Assembly: GCA_963740315.1 (NCBI GenBank)
Contig: CAVUDP010000002.1
Coordinates: 1,856,001 to 1,920,000, forward strand
From: an uncultured cyanobacterium
GTDB lineage: Bacteria > Cyanobacteriota > Cyanobacteriia > Cyanobacteriales > Nostocaceae
Direction: 5' to 3'
Length of the DNA stretch: 64,000 nt
Shown: positions 28,672 to 38,917 of the stretch, piece by piece
Layout: each line of letters begins with the position of its first letter
How positions within the stretch are numbered: the first letter of the stretch is position 1
Notes under the pieces: generated by a model
What the model was told of the DNA's origin: nothing
Seen by the model: the letters and a program-made list of their open reading frames with translations, nothing else
Databases searched by the model: none
Position numbers and translations under genes: made by a program

Positions 28672-30453
28672 ATGTATCCAACCCCAGAACAATTTGCAGT
28701 TGACGAAACTACTCCACCCGATAAGCTTAGATTTCTTGCTTTTGAAAGTATAGAACTAGCAAGGTTGGTAGCAACAAATCCTAGTGCGGAGCCGGAGTTA
28801 TTGCGGGAGTTGGCATCGAGTGAAGATAAGGCTACCCGCGAAGCTGTAACGACAAATCCGAATACGCCAACCGATCTACTGCTGAAATTGGCGGGGGATT
28901 TTCCTTCATCATTTTTCTCGAATCCAGTTTTATCTTTGTTAATGCTGGAAAATCCGAATTTAGCAACAGATATATCATATTGGTCTTTGTTAAAACTGTT
29001 AAAACAAGATGATGCGCCGCAATGGTTTTTGGCTTGTGCTGCAATGCATTCTAATTCTTTGGTATTGGAAGCTGTAGCCAAACACAAACAAGTTTCGCAA
29101 CAAGTTTTAGAACAGTTAGCAATTAAAAGCAGGTACGATCCAGAATTGGGTTTATGTATTGCACAACGCAAAGATGTATCCCAAAAAGTTTTAGAAAAAT
29201 TGGCGCAACATGGTGCGGGTTCGGTTCGCTTGCATTTGGCTACATACCCGAAAATTCCTGTCAAAGTTTTGGAAATTTTAGTCGAAAATCCCGAACCAAA
29301 TTGGAATTTAAGGGTGGCTATTGAAACAAGTGTTGCTAAAAATCCGAATACGCCGCTAAATGTTCTTGAAGCTTTGATAAAAGTTCCATATACCAAAGTC
29401 AAAAATGCGATCGCTAAACGTTCCGATTTAACCAAGCATTTGATAATCGAATTGGCAATGGATTATCGGGTGCATACGATGAATTTTCTGCCCCAAAATC
29501 CTTATATCCCCAGCAATTGGTTGGAGGAAATGGCAGAACATGATATTGAACGGGTGCGTCAAATGGTGGCAAGGCATCCCAATACGCCAGTACATATACT
29601 AGTACAAGCAGCTTCATATTTACAACTGCGTCAGTTTGTCGCCGAAAATCCCAGCACCCCTCCAGAAGTTCTCGAAGAATTGGCAATGGATAGCCGGGGA
29701 GATATACAGGCAGCAGTAGCAAGAAATTCCAATACTCCGGGTTACGTATTGGAAATATTGGCTGGTATGCCGTTTCACGACTTATTGTTAGCACGCCATC
29801 CAAATACACCAGACTCTACTCTACAAAAAGTGCTATGGCGTTTGGCATTAGATGAACGTTTATCGGTTCGCAAATACGTAGCCCAGCACAGCCAAGCGCC
29901 AGTGTCAATTTTGACTCAATGGGCGAAGAATTCACCGGAACTTCGTGCGTGGATTGCCTTAAACGTTAGCACTCCATCCAGCATTTTAGAGCAACTCGCC
30001 AAAGATACATCCAAAGATGTCCGTTATGGTGTAGCAAAAAATACTAATACTCCTGCCTGCGTTTTACAAAAACTAGCCGAAGATTGGCGGTTAGAAGTGC
30101 GTCAAGCAGTAGCGGGCAATCCTGAAACACCCGGAAATGTTCTGGAGGTATTGATTAAGGATTGGCATTTGCGCTCGTTTATTGCTCAAAACCCCAGCAC
30201 TCCAGGCACAGCATTAGAGCAACTCACCCAATTCTTCCGATACGACTGGCACATAGTACAGCATCCCAACACCCCACCCAAACTGCGCCAGAGATTATTA
30301 GAAGAATTTTCAACCAGCGTTGTGGAAACAGAAAGGTTATTTGTCGCCAGACATTCAGAAACGCCCCTAGAAATTTTAGAACATCTAGCCCAGGATGATG
30401 ACCCGGTTGTTTCTAAATCCGCAAAGCGATCGCTAAGGAAAAGGCGCGAGTGA
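28672..30453 (+). CDS. Leucine-rich-repeat-variant (LRV/HEAT-like) repeat protein
   Basis: Many ~24-aa VR..VA.NP.TP..L..LA.D units. Confidence 0.85.
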   Translation: MYPTPEQFAVDETTPPDKLRFLAFESIELARLVATNPSAEPELLRELASSEDKATREAVTTNPNTPTDLLLKLAGDFPSSFFSNPVLSLLMLENPNLATDISYWSLLKLLKQDDAPQWFLACAAMHSNSLVLEAVAKHKQVSQQVLEQLAIKSRYDPELGLCIAQRKDVSQKVLEKLAQHGAGSVRLHLATYPKIPVKVLEILVENPEPNWNLRVAIETSVAKNPNTPLNVLEALIKVPYTKVKNAIAKRSDLTKHLIIELAMDYRVHTMNFLPQNPYIPSNWLEEMAEHDIERVRQMVARHPNTPVHILVQAASYLQLRQFVAENPSTPPEVLEELAMDSRGDIQAAVARNSNTPGYVLEILAGMPFHDLLLARHPNTPDSTLQKVLWRLALDERLSVRKYVAQHSQAPVSILTQWAKNSPELRAWIALNVSTPSSILEQLAKDTSKDVRYGVAKNTNTPACVLQKLAEDWRLEVRQAVAGNPETPGNVLEVLIKDWHLRSFIAQNPSTPGTALEQLTQFFRYDWHIVQHPNTPPKLRQRLLEEFSTSVVETERLFVARHSETPLEILEHLAQDDDPVVSKSAKRSLRKRRE

Positions 30454-30800
30454 TGGGATGGGGGGATGGGGGGATGGGGAGATGGGGAGATGGTAAGCCA
30501 CTGCGCCCTCGCGGGTTCCCCGACTTGTAGCAAGTGGCGCAACCCGTTACTCTAACGAGTCGTGCCGCGCTGAACACGCGTTCACCGCGCTTGTGCGGCG
30601 AGGGCGTGCGGCGAGCGGGGGAGATGGGGAGATGGGGAGAAATAATTTTCAATTCCAAACTCCAAACTCCTAACTCCTAAAGGTTACTGAGCTTGTCGAA
30701 GTACTCCTAACTCCTAACTCCTAACTCCTAATTCCTCACTCCTCACTCCTAACTATTCCCAATGCCGAAATCTAAAATCTAAAATCTAAAATCTAAAATT
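30454..30800. repeat. Complex of STRR arrays with inserted small GC-rich dispersed repeats
   Basis: (GATGGGG)n, AGCCACTGCG...CAAGTGGCG element (about 30496-30540), GC-rich hairpin (about 30545-30618), (AACTCCT)n with a 22-nt insert, and (AAAATCT)n. Confidence 0.8.
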
Positions 30801-30802
30801 CT

Positions 30803-31804
30803 ATGACTCCTAACGAACTTAAAGTATTTTTAGACCAGCTTGTAAGTAATAATATTCAAATCAGTACGATGATTTGGGGACCTCCTGGTATTGGTAAATC
30901 TAGTATTGTTGGTCAGTTAGCGCGGGAAAGCAATATTGATTTTGTTGATGTCCGGTTGTCTCAATTGGCACCTACCGATTTACGGGGTTTGCCGGTTGCG
31001 GAAAATGGTATTTCTAAATGGTTTCCACCGGAATTTCTACCACGCAAAGGTAAGGGTATATTATTCCTCGATGAGTTAAATATGGCTCCTCCGGCTATGC
31101 AGGGAGTTGCACAGCAGTTGATTTTAGACCGCTGTGTAGGCTCCTACGAAGTGCCAGATGGTTGGTTTGTGTGGGCAGCAGGGAACCGCAAAGAAGACCG
31201 CGCCGCTGTATTTGATATGCCTTCACCTTTAGCAAATAGATTTTTACATTTAGAAGTACAGCCAGATTTTGAAAGCTTTAAAGCTTATGCTTTGGAAAAA
31301 GGCGTACACGAGCAAATAATTGCTTTTCTTTCCTTCCGCACTACTTTATTACATAAAATTGACCCCCAGCAACCAGCTTGGGCTTCTCCTCGCTCTTGGG
31401 TTATGGCGAGTGCCTTGCATTGTGCCGGATTAAACATTAATCCCGCTGTCGGAACGGCTGCCGCTACTGAGTTTGCTTCATACATTTCTATGTACGAAAA
31501 TCTACCCAACTTGATCGCGATTTTGTCAGGAAAAGGCGAAAGCATTCAGTTTCCTAAAGAACCCAGCGTTAGATATGCAACGGTAATTGGATTAACGGTA
31601 CGCGCCGACAATGCTAACCAAGCACTTAACGCTTTCAACTGGTTAAATCAAGTTGCAACAAATGAATGGGTAAGACTTTTTGCAGTAGACTTATCGCGAG
31701 TCATGGAAAGTAAAGGTAAGAAGGGTGTTTTAGCTAATTTATTAAGTAAAGAACCCGAATTCAAGAAATTATTAGAAGATTATCTAGAATCGCAGAAATC
31801 TTAA
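30803..31804 (+). CDS. MoxR-like AAA+ ATPase
   Basis: Walker A GPPGIGKS, Walker B LFLDE, AAGNR, LANRF and SPRSW. Confidence 0.9.
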   Translation: MTPNELKVFLDQLVSNNIQISTMIWGPPGIGKSSIVGQLARESNIDFVDVRLSQLAPTDLRGLPVAENGISKWFPPEFLPRKGKGILFLDELNMAPPAMQGVAQQLILDRCVGSYEVPDGWFVWAAGNRKEDRAAVFDMPSPLANRFLHLEVQPDFESFKAYALEKGVHEQIIAFLSFRTTLLHKIDPQQPAWASPRSWVMASALHCAGLNINPAVGTAAATEFASYISMYENLPNLIAILSGKGESIQFPKEPSVRYATVIGLTVRADNANQALNAFNWLNQVATNEWVRLFAVDLSRVMESKGKKGVLANLLSKEPEFKKLLEDYLESQKS

Positions 31805-31856
31805 ACAGGTTAAAGGTTAAAGGTTAAAGGTCAAAGGTGTAATAAATATTAATTTC

Positions 31857-31959
31857 TAACTCAATACTCCTAACAACTAACTCAATACTCAATACTCAAT
31901 ACTCCTAACAACTAACAACTAACAACTAACAACTAACTCAATACTCAATACTCCTAACT
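31857..31959. repeat. STRR array (AACTAAC/AATACTC)n
   Basis: Heptamer tandem repeats between the ATPase and the vWA gene. Confidence 0.8.
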
Positions 31960-31967
31960 ATTCTAAA

Positions 31968-33182
31968 ATGACTGAAGATATTCAAAAAAGTATTAGCTCG
32001 TCTTTGCTACGTTTACAAACTAAATCGCCGTTTTTCGCAACGCTGGCGATGTTTGCTCGTTTTGTTGCTACGGAAAAATTACCAACTGCTGCTACTGATG
32101 GTAAGGATATTTTCTATAATGTAGAGTTTTTGTTATCTTTACCTCCTAAACAACTTGATGGGGTGTTGCTACACGAAGTTTTACACGCGGCGCTGCTTCA
32201 CGTACCCCGTCGTAGCGTGCGCGATGCTCGGTTGTGGAATATTGCGGCTGATATCGTTATTAACGGCATGATTGCTCAACATAATTTTGAATTACCTGAA
32301 GGAACTTTAAGAGAAGTTAGTTTAGAAAATTTAAGCGTTGAGGAAGTTTATGAAATTCTGCTTCAAGATGTTGATAATGCACCGGAATTAACTAATCCCG
32401 ATTTACTCGATAGTCCACCGGGAGATGCTGGTGATCCTCAACAAGAAGGCGATCGAGGAGACACTCAATCGGGTGGAGATAAGGAAAGATTTGGCGATTC
32501 TTCAAATTCCCAAAGCGGTGATAGTATGTCTCAAGCTAAAAAAGCCGCAATGGAAGCACACTGGCAAAATGCGATGCAGCAAGCAGCAACTGTGGCTCGT
32601 ACTACAAATAAAGGTAATCTGGGAGGAGGAATAGAACGAGAGTTAGAAACTTTAAATTCTGCTCAAATTGATTGGCGTTCTTACTTGTGGCGATATTTAG
32701 TACAAACCCCTACTGACTTTTCTGGATTCGATCGCCGTTTTATCGGACGCGGGCTGTACCTGGAAAACTTGCAAGGGGAATCGATCCGAGTTTATTTAGC
32801 TTTGGATACTAGCGGCTCGATCGATACAAAGTTGCTAGGTTTATTTTTCTCGGAAGTGCAGGGTATTTTGAATTCCTACCCTCATATCCAATGCGAGTTT
32901 TATTACGTTGATGCCGAAGTTTACGGTCCCTATGAAATTAACGCCGATTCCATGCCTCCAAAACCCCAAGGTGGTGGCGGTACGTCGTTTGTACCTTTCT
33001 TCGATAAAGTTGCTCAAACTTGGGACGGACATACACAAGGAGTATGTGTCTATTTAACAGATGGTTATGGTACTTTCCCAGATATACTTCCGGAATTACC
33101 AGTATTATGGGTAGTTACTCCAGGTGGTTTAGCCTTAGAAGGATTTCCATTTGGGGAAGCAGTACGGTTGTTATCTGTTTAA
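31968..33182 (+). CDS. HEXXH metallopeptidase-like + vWA-like protein (DUF2201 family)
   Basis: TAATDG, HEVLH, WNIAAD..IN, acidic linker, MIDAS-like DTSGS, GGGGTSF and LTDGY. Confidence 0.88.
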   Translation: MTEDIQKSISSSLLRLQTKSPFFATLAMFARFVATEKLPTAATDGKDIFYNVEFLLSLPPKQLDGVLLHEVLHAALLHVPRRSVRDARLWNIAADIVINGMIAQHNFELPEGTLREVSLENLSVEEVYEILLQDVDNAPELTNPDLLDSPPGDAGDPQQEGDRGDTQSGGDKERFGDSSNSQSGDSMSQAKKAAMEAHWQNAMQQAATVARTTNKGNLGGGIERELETLNSAQIDWRSYLWRYLVQTPTDFSGFDRRFIGRGLYLENLQGESIRVYLALDTSGSIDTKLLGLFFSEVQGILNSYPHIQCEFYYVDAEVYGPYEINADSMPPKPQGGGGTSFVPFFDKVAQTWDGHTQGVCVYLTDGYGTFPDILPELPVLWVVTPGGLALEGFPFGEAVRLLSV

Positions 33183-33278
33183 ACAAAATAATGTAGAGAC
33201 GTAGCACTGCTACGTCTCCCAAGGTTGTGGTTGCATAACAAATAAATTTCATATTACGCAACTATATTTAAAATTATC

Positions 33279-33398
33279 AGCGTTGCTGAATCGAAATATG
33301 AAGTTGCTGGAGACGTAGCAGTGCTACGTCTCTACAAAGGTTTCACATTTACTACAGAGTGTAGGTAAATATAATTCATAGCTTAATTCAGTAACGCC
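33279..33398. mobile_element. MITE with an 8-bp target duplication carrying a REP-like palindrome
   Basis: GCGTTGCTGAAT...TATGAA / TTCATA...ATTCAGTAACGCC ends; AAATTATC at 33271-33278 and 33399-33406. Confidence 0.7.
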
Positions 33399-33426
33399 AA
33401 ATTATCTAATAATTCAACAGGTTTAC

Positions 33427-34347
33427 TCACAAATCTTGCTCTATTAACTCTCCAAGTAAACCACTAACAACCATATTTAAATTTAAAGTGTAATCAATAT
33501 GTCTGAAAGTCTCTTCTAACGGACGTAAAGTCCTTTTCCACCCCAAACCATCAGTAACCCAAATAAATTTATGTCCCTGTCTGGATATAAAGTCAGATAA
33601 ACTTTTATACTCTCCTGCGGTAGCATTTAATTTAGAACCACCTCCACCATAAAAATTAGCTTTTATCAAGTAGAGATTGCGATCGTTTTTCACCGCAAAA
33701 TCAAAACGCCGACTCGATTTATCTACTTCAACATCTATATTCCATTCTTTTTTTATTTTGTCGGAAGTTGCTTGTGGCATAAATACAAAATTATTTTCCT
33801 GACATATTGTAGTAATTAAATTTTCTACAATAGTCTCCATCGTTGTTCCACCGCGATTTTTTCTACCGTTTGTGTCTAAACCTACTTCGATTCCTAGTAC
33901 ATAATCGGGAATACTTTTAATAGTTTGATTTTTAAATAATTCTAAGACTCCCGTATTTTTGGTAAACTCGACGATATCATCGATCTCTGTAGTTGATATT
34001 GTTTTGTTTTGAAAATTAAATGATTTATAGCTAAAAATATTTGTGCGATCGGTTAATATCTGAAAGTTAGAAGTGCGGCAGGCAATTAAAATAGGTATAA
34101 CACTGACAATTCTCGGTGCTTGTTGTAATAAACTACGAAATTCATTTTCTATATCTTGTTTACCGATTAAGTAATTTAATGTATTCAAATGGATTTCTAT
34201 CTCTCGAAATTTATTTAAGACTTTTTGCCAATTGACAAAATAATCCCATGCAGTTATAGAATCTATTAATGTATCTTGAAAATATTGAAATACTTCTGAT
34301 TCGTTAGCACAATTCAAGTACTGTTGAAATAAAAGATTAAATTTCAT
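33427..34347 (-). CDS. DpnII/MboI-family type II restriction endonuclease (GATC), possibly inactive
   Basis: GIEVGLDTNGRKNRGG..ME, RRFDF, NFY.GGGSKL and F.WVTDG.GW motifs; directly downstream of a Dam-type MTase. Confidence 0.85.
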   Translation of the reverse strand: MKFNLLFQQYLNCANESEVFQYFQDTLIDSITAWDYFVNWQKVLNKFREIEIHLNTLNYLIGKQDIENEFRSLLQQAPRIVSVIPILIACRTSNFQILTDRTNIFSYKSFNFQNKTISTTEIDDIVEFTKNTGVLELFKNQTIKSIPDYVLGIEVGLDTNGRKNRGGTTMETIVENLITTICQENNFVFMPQATSDKIKKEWNIDVEVDKSSRRFDFAVKNDRNLYLIKANFYGGGGSKLNATAGEYKSLSDFISRQGHKFIWVTDGLGWKRTLRPLEETFRHIDYTLNLNMVVSGLLGELIEQDL

Positions 34348-34364
34348 GGTAGATGCATTTCTAT

Positions 34365-35306
34365 CTAATAATTCATAATTAACAATTCATCAATAGGACT
34401 ACGCTTTAAAGAATTACTATTTATATAGCGGGAAGCTTTTACTCTTTCTATACGATAACCAGCATAAAGTTTTTCAAAATAATCATCTTCGATATTCTGA
34501 TTTTTCGGTTCGGAATTACTTAGAAGAAGTAAAGCACCTTTTTTATCCAGTTTTTTAAAGAAATTATTTAATCTTAATTGCTCTGAATCATCAAATGTTC
34601 GATCGCAATAAGATGTAAAATTAGATGTATTACTAATAGGTCTATAGGGAGGGTCAAAATATACGAAGGTATTGCGATCGATAAATGTTTCGCACTTACT
34701 AAAATCTCCTCGAACAATTTCCGTTCTTTGCAGAATCTTAGCAACTGATTTTAAGTTTTCTGGGTTACATAAAGATGGTTTTTTATATTTACCCACTGGA
34801 ACATTAAAATCTCCCTTGGAATTAACTCTAAATAACCCGTTAAAACAAGTTTTATTTAAAAAAATCATTTGCGCCGTTCTTTCTAACCAATCTAAATCAT
34901 ATTTAAGTAAATCTATCTGGTTTCTTCCAAAATTAAACTTTGTTCTAATTTGATAAAAGTACTCCGATCTTTGATTTTGATTTAATGATAAATACTTATT
35001 TTCAATATTTAATAATAATTCAATTAAATCATCTACATTACATTGAATAGTTTTATATGCTAATATTAAATCGGCATTTACGTCTGAGATAAATAGCTCT
35101 TTTATAGAATAATGAGATGCTAACCAAAAAAATATTGCACCACCTCCTATAAACGGTTCTACATATTTTTGTATTGAACCGTTATTCAATCTTTCTGGTA
35201 AAAACTGACTTATTTGTTTAATTAATTGAGTTTTCCCTCCAGCCCATTTTAAATAAGGCTTTGGTACTACCGAGCGATCGGACAAATTGGAAACAGTCGA
35301 AATCAT
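34365..35306 (-). CDS. Dam-family (D12 class) N6-adenine DNA methyltransferase
   Basis: LKWAGGK, EPFIGGG, LNKTCFNGL.RVN..G.FNVP.G and DPPY motifs. Confidence 0.95.
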   Translation of the reverse strand: MISTVSNLSDRSVVPKPYLKWAGGKTQLIKQISQFLPERLNNGSIQKYVEPFIGGGAIFFWLASHYSIKELFISDVNADLILAYKTIQCNVDDLIELLLNIENKYLSLNQNQRSEYFYQIRTKFNFGRNQIDLLKYDLDWLERTAQMIFLNKTCFNGLFRVNSKGDFNVPVGKYKKPSLCNPENLKSVAKILQRTEIVRGDFSKCETFIDRNTFVYFDPPYRPISNTSNFTSYCDRTFDDSEQLRLNNFFKKLDKKGALLLLSNSEPKNQNIEDDYFEKLYAGYRIERVKASRYINSNSLKRSPIDELLIMNY

Positions 35307-35507
35307 TTACTATACCTATACAAACATCACAACAATATTGTTTGCGATCGCAGTTGTCAAAACGTCTTTTATTATACACACAACTTTAAATATTTTGATT
35401 AAGTTTTGTAACGCTAGCAGATTGAAACAACTAGTATTAATTTGAAACTACAGATTGAAGATTGGAGTCTTTATATATAAAACAACCAATCAAAAAGGTA
35501 TTATAAG

Positions 35508-36152
35508 ATGGATTATATTGCATACGTTCAGACAAAAGATGTTGATTCGCTAATAGTTCGTAATGCACCATTAGGAGAAAAAATTGAATTTATCGGCAAC
35601 GGTACTAAAGTTAAAGTACAAGGAGAACCCGTTGCGAAAGCAAATTGGAATTGGGTACAAATTGGTAGCGATCGTTGGGTAGCGTCGGAGTTTTTGAAAG
35701 TTATTAAAGGTGCAAGAGTAGTAGCGACTCGTACTGACGAAACTATTGCTGGTGGTTTAAGAGTATACAAAACTATATTAGTTGATAGCAATGGAAAAAC
35801 TGTGAATGAGGTAAGACTTATTTCCGGTAGAGTCAACTACCAAACACCTTCTAATGTTGCAGAATCTTTAACTCCTCCACCTTTTGGAATTTATACTTTT
35901 GATGCGCCAGGATGGGTATATGAAGGTAAAGATTTAAAAACGCAATTTGGCGGAGTTTGGTCGCCAATTACACCTATTTTTAATACAAATCGTTCGGAGA
36001 TAGGCATTCATTACGATCCATCAGCTTCTAAGGGTAATTATAATGCTGGTACGGTAGGTTGTTTTGCTACGCCAAGTGTTAAAGAAAAAGATATTTTGAC
36101 AAACTTTATTCGGAATCAAAAACCCAAGCATTTTATCTTTAATGAAGGGTAG
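35508..36152 (+). CDS. SH3-like domain + YkuD/L,D-transpeptidase-like catalytic domain
   Basis: L.VRNAP.G...WVQI...WVASEFL, then ISG, PPFGIY and RSEIGIH...GTVGCF (His...Gly-Cys). Confidence 0.65.
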   Translation: MDYIAYVQTKDVDSLIVRNAPLGEKIEFIGNGTKVKVQGEPVAKANWNWVQIGSDRWVASEFLKVIKGARVVATRTDETIAGGLRVYKTILVDSNGKTVNEVRLISGRVNYQTPSNVAESLTPPPFGIYTFDAPGWVYEGKDLKTQFGGVWSPITPIFNTNRSEIGIHYDPSASKGNYNAGTVGCFATPSVKEKDILTNFIRNQKPKHFIFNEG

Positions 36153-36643
36153 TGACTGATATAATTCGTAATTTTTAATATGTAGCATCCACGTCATAAA
36201 GATGGTATTTGGCACATTAGCCTCTGGAATAGCAAGCTTTACCATCAGAATTCTATATGATTTGAAAAAATTGTAAGATAGAAACCTGCTTTTTGTAAAA
36301 ATCGGGTTTCTGGTTTTTGTTGGCATTACTTGCCCAGAAGGCTTATGATTTATGCTATGGGATCGAGTCTTATGAGATAGGCAATAATGCCCATTTTATT
36401 GTATTTTGATTGTATTCTTATGAATTTAGTTGGTATGGCTACTGAAAGTAAACTGAATAAAAGAGAAAATTTATGTAATTATTAATTGATGATTTGTTAT
36501 TTATATCACCTTAAATCGGCATAAATTGACAGTTTATATTGCAACATTTTATATTGATTAATTCCGATAAAATACAAAAATATATTATATTTAACTTGCC
36601 CTCATTCTAACTTTTACTCTTTATATTTTATTAATTATTCGCT

Positions 36644-38917
36644 ATGGCTAATCGTTCCCTAGACTCGAATTTATCAAAACTTCGGCAAGAAGCAGCGAGC
36701 GAGGAGACTTCGCCACAGCGGTTACAAGAATTAGCTAAAATTAATCTTGAATTAACAAGAATTGTTGCAAAAAATGCCAATGCGGCTCCTGATTTGTTGC
36801 GGGATTTGAGTAGTAGCCCCGATAACATTGTTCGCAAAAATGTTGCTGGTAATCCTAACACGGCAACAGCAATTTTGTGGGAATTGGGAACGGAATTTCC
36901 CCAGCAGTTGTTAAAAAATCCGGTGTTTTCTTTACTGTTATTAGAAAATCCCAATTTTGTAGCTGATATTCCCCTGGTTACTTTGCAAGGTTTGTTGAAG
37001 CTTGATGAAGTGTCACCTCATTTTCTGGAATTGGCGACGAGTCATGATGATGTAGAAGTTTTGTTAACTATCCTCATGAATCCTAAAACCCCGAAAACAG
37101 CTTTGCAAAAACTAACTCAGCTACAAAATATAGAAATTGCTGAAGCTGCACGGCTGCACGTTTCTTTAGCTGGAGAAATGCAACAGGGATGGGATGAAGC
37201 TGCGCTATTGGCTATGGAAACAACTAATTTACCACGCGATCGCCAATCTGAAATTTTCTTATGGGCGATTGGTGCGATACCAGAATATCTGTTAAAAACG
37301 TTGGATGCTGAGGTACGTTTGCATATTGCTGAAAGTTTAAATACAAACGAGCAGATTTTGGCAATGTTGGCGACGGATAGTTACAGTCAGGTGCGGGCAA
37401 TGGTTGCTCAAAATCCTTATACTCCCAGCGAAGTAGTTGAAGAATTAATGGGAGATGTTAGCGATATAGTACGCGAAGCAGTTGCTCATCATCCCCTTAC
37501 ACCCCTGACTCTACACCAACAGTTTCAAATACAGTTGGAAGCAACCGAAAATCCGGTATCTGAAGAGATTCTCAGACAACTTTCTACAAGTCAATGGATG
37601 CGGATTCGTTTGGGCGTTGCAGCTCACTCTAAAGCTCCTAGAGAAATATTGTTGCAATTAGCAAGCGATGAAGATGTGATGGTACGCAAAGCCGTAGCAC
37701 TTAATCTAAATTCTTCAGCACAAACCTTAGAGCAATTGGCAAAGGATAATGATGCTTGGATTCGTAAAATTGTTGCCATTCATCCCAATAATCCGGCAAA
37801 AATTGGTTGCGATCGGCAAAAAAATACAATATACGATTATATAAGTAAAGCCAGCGCTCAAGGCATCCCAATTATGCCAGTATACGCCGTTTACGACCCC
37901 AATCTATTAACGGCGATGGCAGAGAGTACTAATTACGATACCCGTCAAAGAGTCGCGCAACACCCCAATACTCCCATTCATGTTTTAGAAAAACTCGCCG
38001 ATAAAGAAGATAGTTCGATTTTAGAAACTATACTTACCAACCTTTCCCGCAATTCCAAAACCCCCGACAGTACTTTACAATATTTAGCGCAGACTTCCGA
38101 TTTTAAAATTTGCGCTGCTGTTGCGCGTCATCGCAATACGGAAAGTACGACGCTTGCACAATTAGCAAAACATCATCGTTGGGAAGTACGTACTGTAGTC
38201 GCCAAAAATCTCAAAACTCCCTTCGTAACTCTTGTAAAACTGATTCAAGATAAACATCAAACAGTAAGAATTGCAGCGACAAACAACCCATACGCCCCTG
38301 CAAGCATTTTAGAGCAGCTTGATGTTCTCAAAAATCCGAATACATCTTTAGAAACCCTGAATACACTTTCTGATAGTAAATGGGTAATTATTCGTCAGGG
38401 GGTTGCACGTCATCCCAACATTGATAAAAACCTGCTCAAGCAATTAGCAGAAGATAACATTAGTATGGTGCGTCAGGGCGTAGCTGAAAATCCTGTCACT
38501 CCAGCTAGTTTGTTGGAGTTATTAGCAATAGATAAAGATGATGCAGTTGTTGTCGCCGTTGCTTCCCATCCCAATACATCTTTAAATATTCTCGAACAAT
38601 TAGCTATTTTAGGAAAGCCAGGTAATCAAATTAAGCAAACAGCAATCAAAGCTTTAATGAATCGCTTTCCAGATAGAATTAGTCAAGTTTTAGCAGATTG
38701 CATTACCTCTTACACCCCCATATTTACCCGCTTACTTGTTTTCTTACATCCCTCAACACCAAGCAAAATCTTAGCGCAAAATATTCATTCTTCATCTTGG
38801 TTAGAAAGATACGCAATTGCTCAAAATCCCAACACTCCCCATAGTATTCGGGCTGCTTTAACTGGCGATGGTAATCGAATTGTGCGTGCGGCAGCGAAGG
38901 AATGGATGGGGGGATGA
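36644..38917 (+). CDS. LRV/HEAT-like repeat protein, paralog of 28672..30453
   Basis: Shared N-terminus (A..E.T.P..L..LA...NPV.SLL.LENPN) and LRV repeats; C-terminal WLERYAIAQNPNTP. Confidence 0.85.
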   Translation: MANRSLDSNLSKLRQEAASEETSPQRLQELAKINLELTRIVAKNANAAPDLLRDLSSSPDNIVRKNVAGNPNTATAILWELGTEFPQQLLKNPVFSLLLLENPNFVADIPLVTLQGLLKLDEVSPHFLELATSHDDVEVLLTILMNPKTPKTALQKLTQLQNIEIAEAARLHVSLAGEMQQGWDEAALLAMETTNLPRDRQSEIFLWAIGAIPEYLLKTLDAEVRLHIAESLNTNEQILAMLATDSYSQVRAMVAQNPYTPSEVVEELMGDVSDIVREAVAHHPLTPLTLHQQFQIQLEATENPVSEEILRQLSTSQWMRIRLGVAAHSKAPREILLQLASDEDVMVRKAVALNLNSSAQTLEQLAKDNDAWIRKIVAIHPNNPAKIGCDRQKNTIYDYISKASAQGIPIMPVYAVYDPNLLTAMAESTNYDTRQRVAQHPNTPIHVLEKLADKEDSSILETILTNLSRNSKTPDSTLQYLAQTSDFKICAAVARHRNTESTTLAQLAKHHRWEVRTVVAKNLKTPFVTLVKLIQDKHQTVRIAATNNPYAPASILEQLDVLKNPNTSLETLNTLSDSKWVIIRQGVARHPNIDKNLLKQLAEDNISMVRQGVAENPVTPASLLELLAIDKDDAVVVAVASHPNTSLNILEQLAILGKPGNQIKQTAIKALMNRFPDRISQVLADCITSYTPIFTRLLVFLHPSTPSKILAQNIHSSSWLERYAIAQNPNTPHSIRAALTGDGNRIVRAAAKEWMGG

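Noticed and set aside
28647..29435. 262-aa ORF antisense to the LRV gene
   Set aside because: Shadow frame of a repetitive coding gene with no recognisable motifs.
30545..30618. GC-rich hairpin as a tRNA or ncRNA
   Set aside because: No cloverleaf or T-loop/anticodon pattern; embedded among mobile repeats.
30186..30658. ORFs 30186..30542 and 30413..30658; likewise 12649..12981, 17628..17873 and the N-terminal extension of ccmN
   Set aside because: They are translations of STRR, MITE or SDR repeats (SPHLPIPP, TQYSILL).
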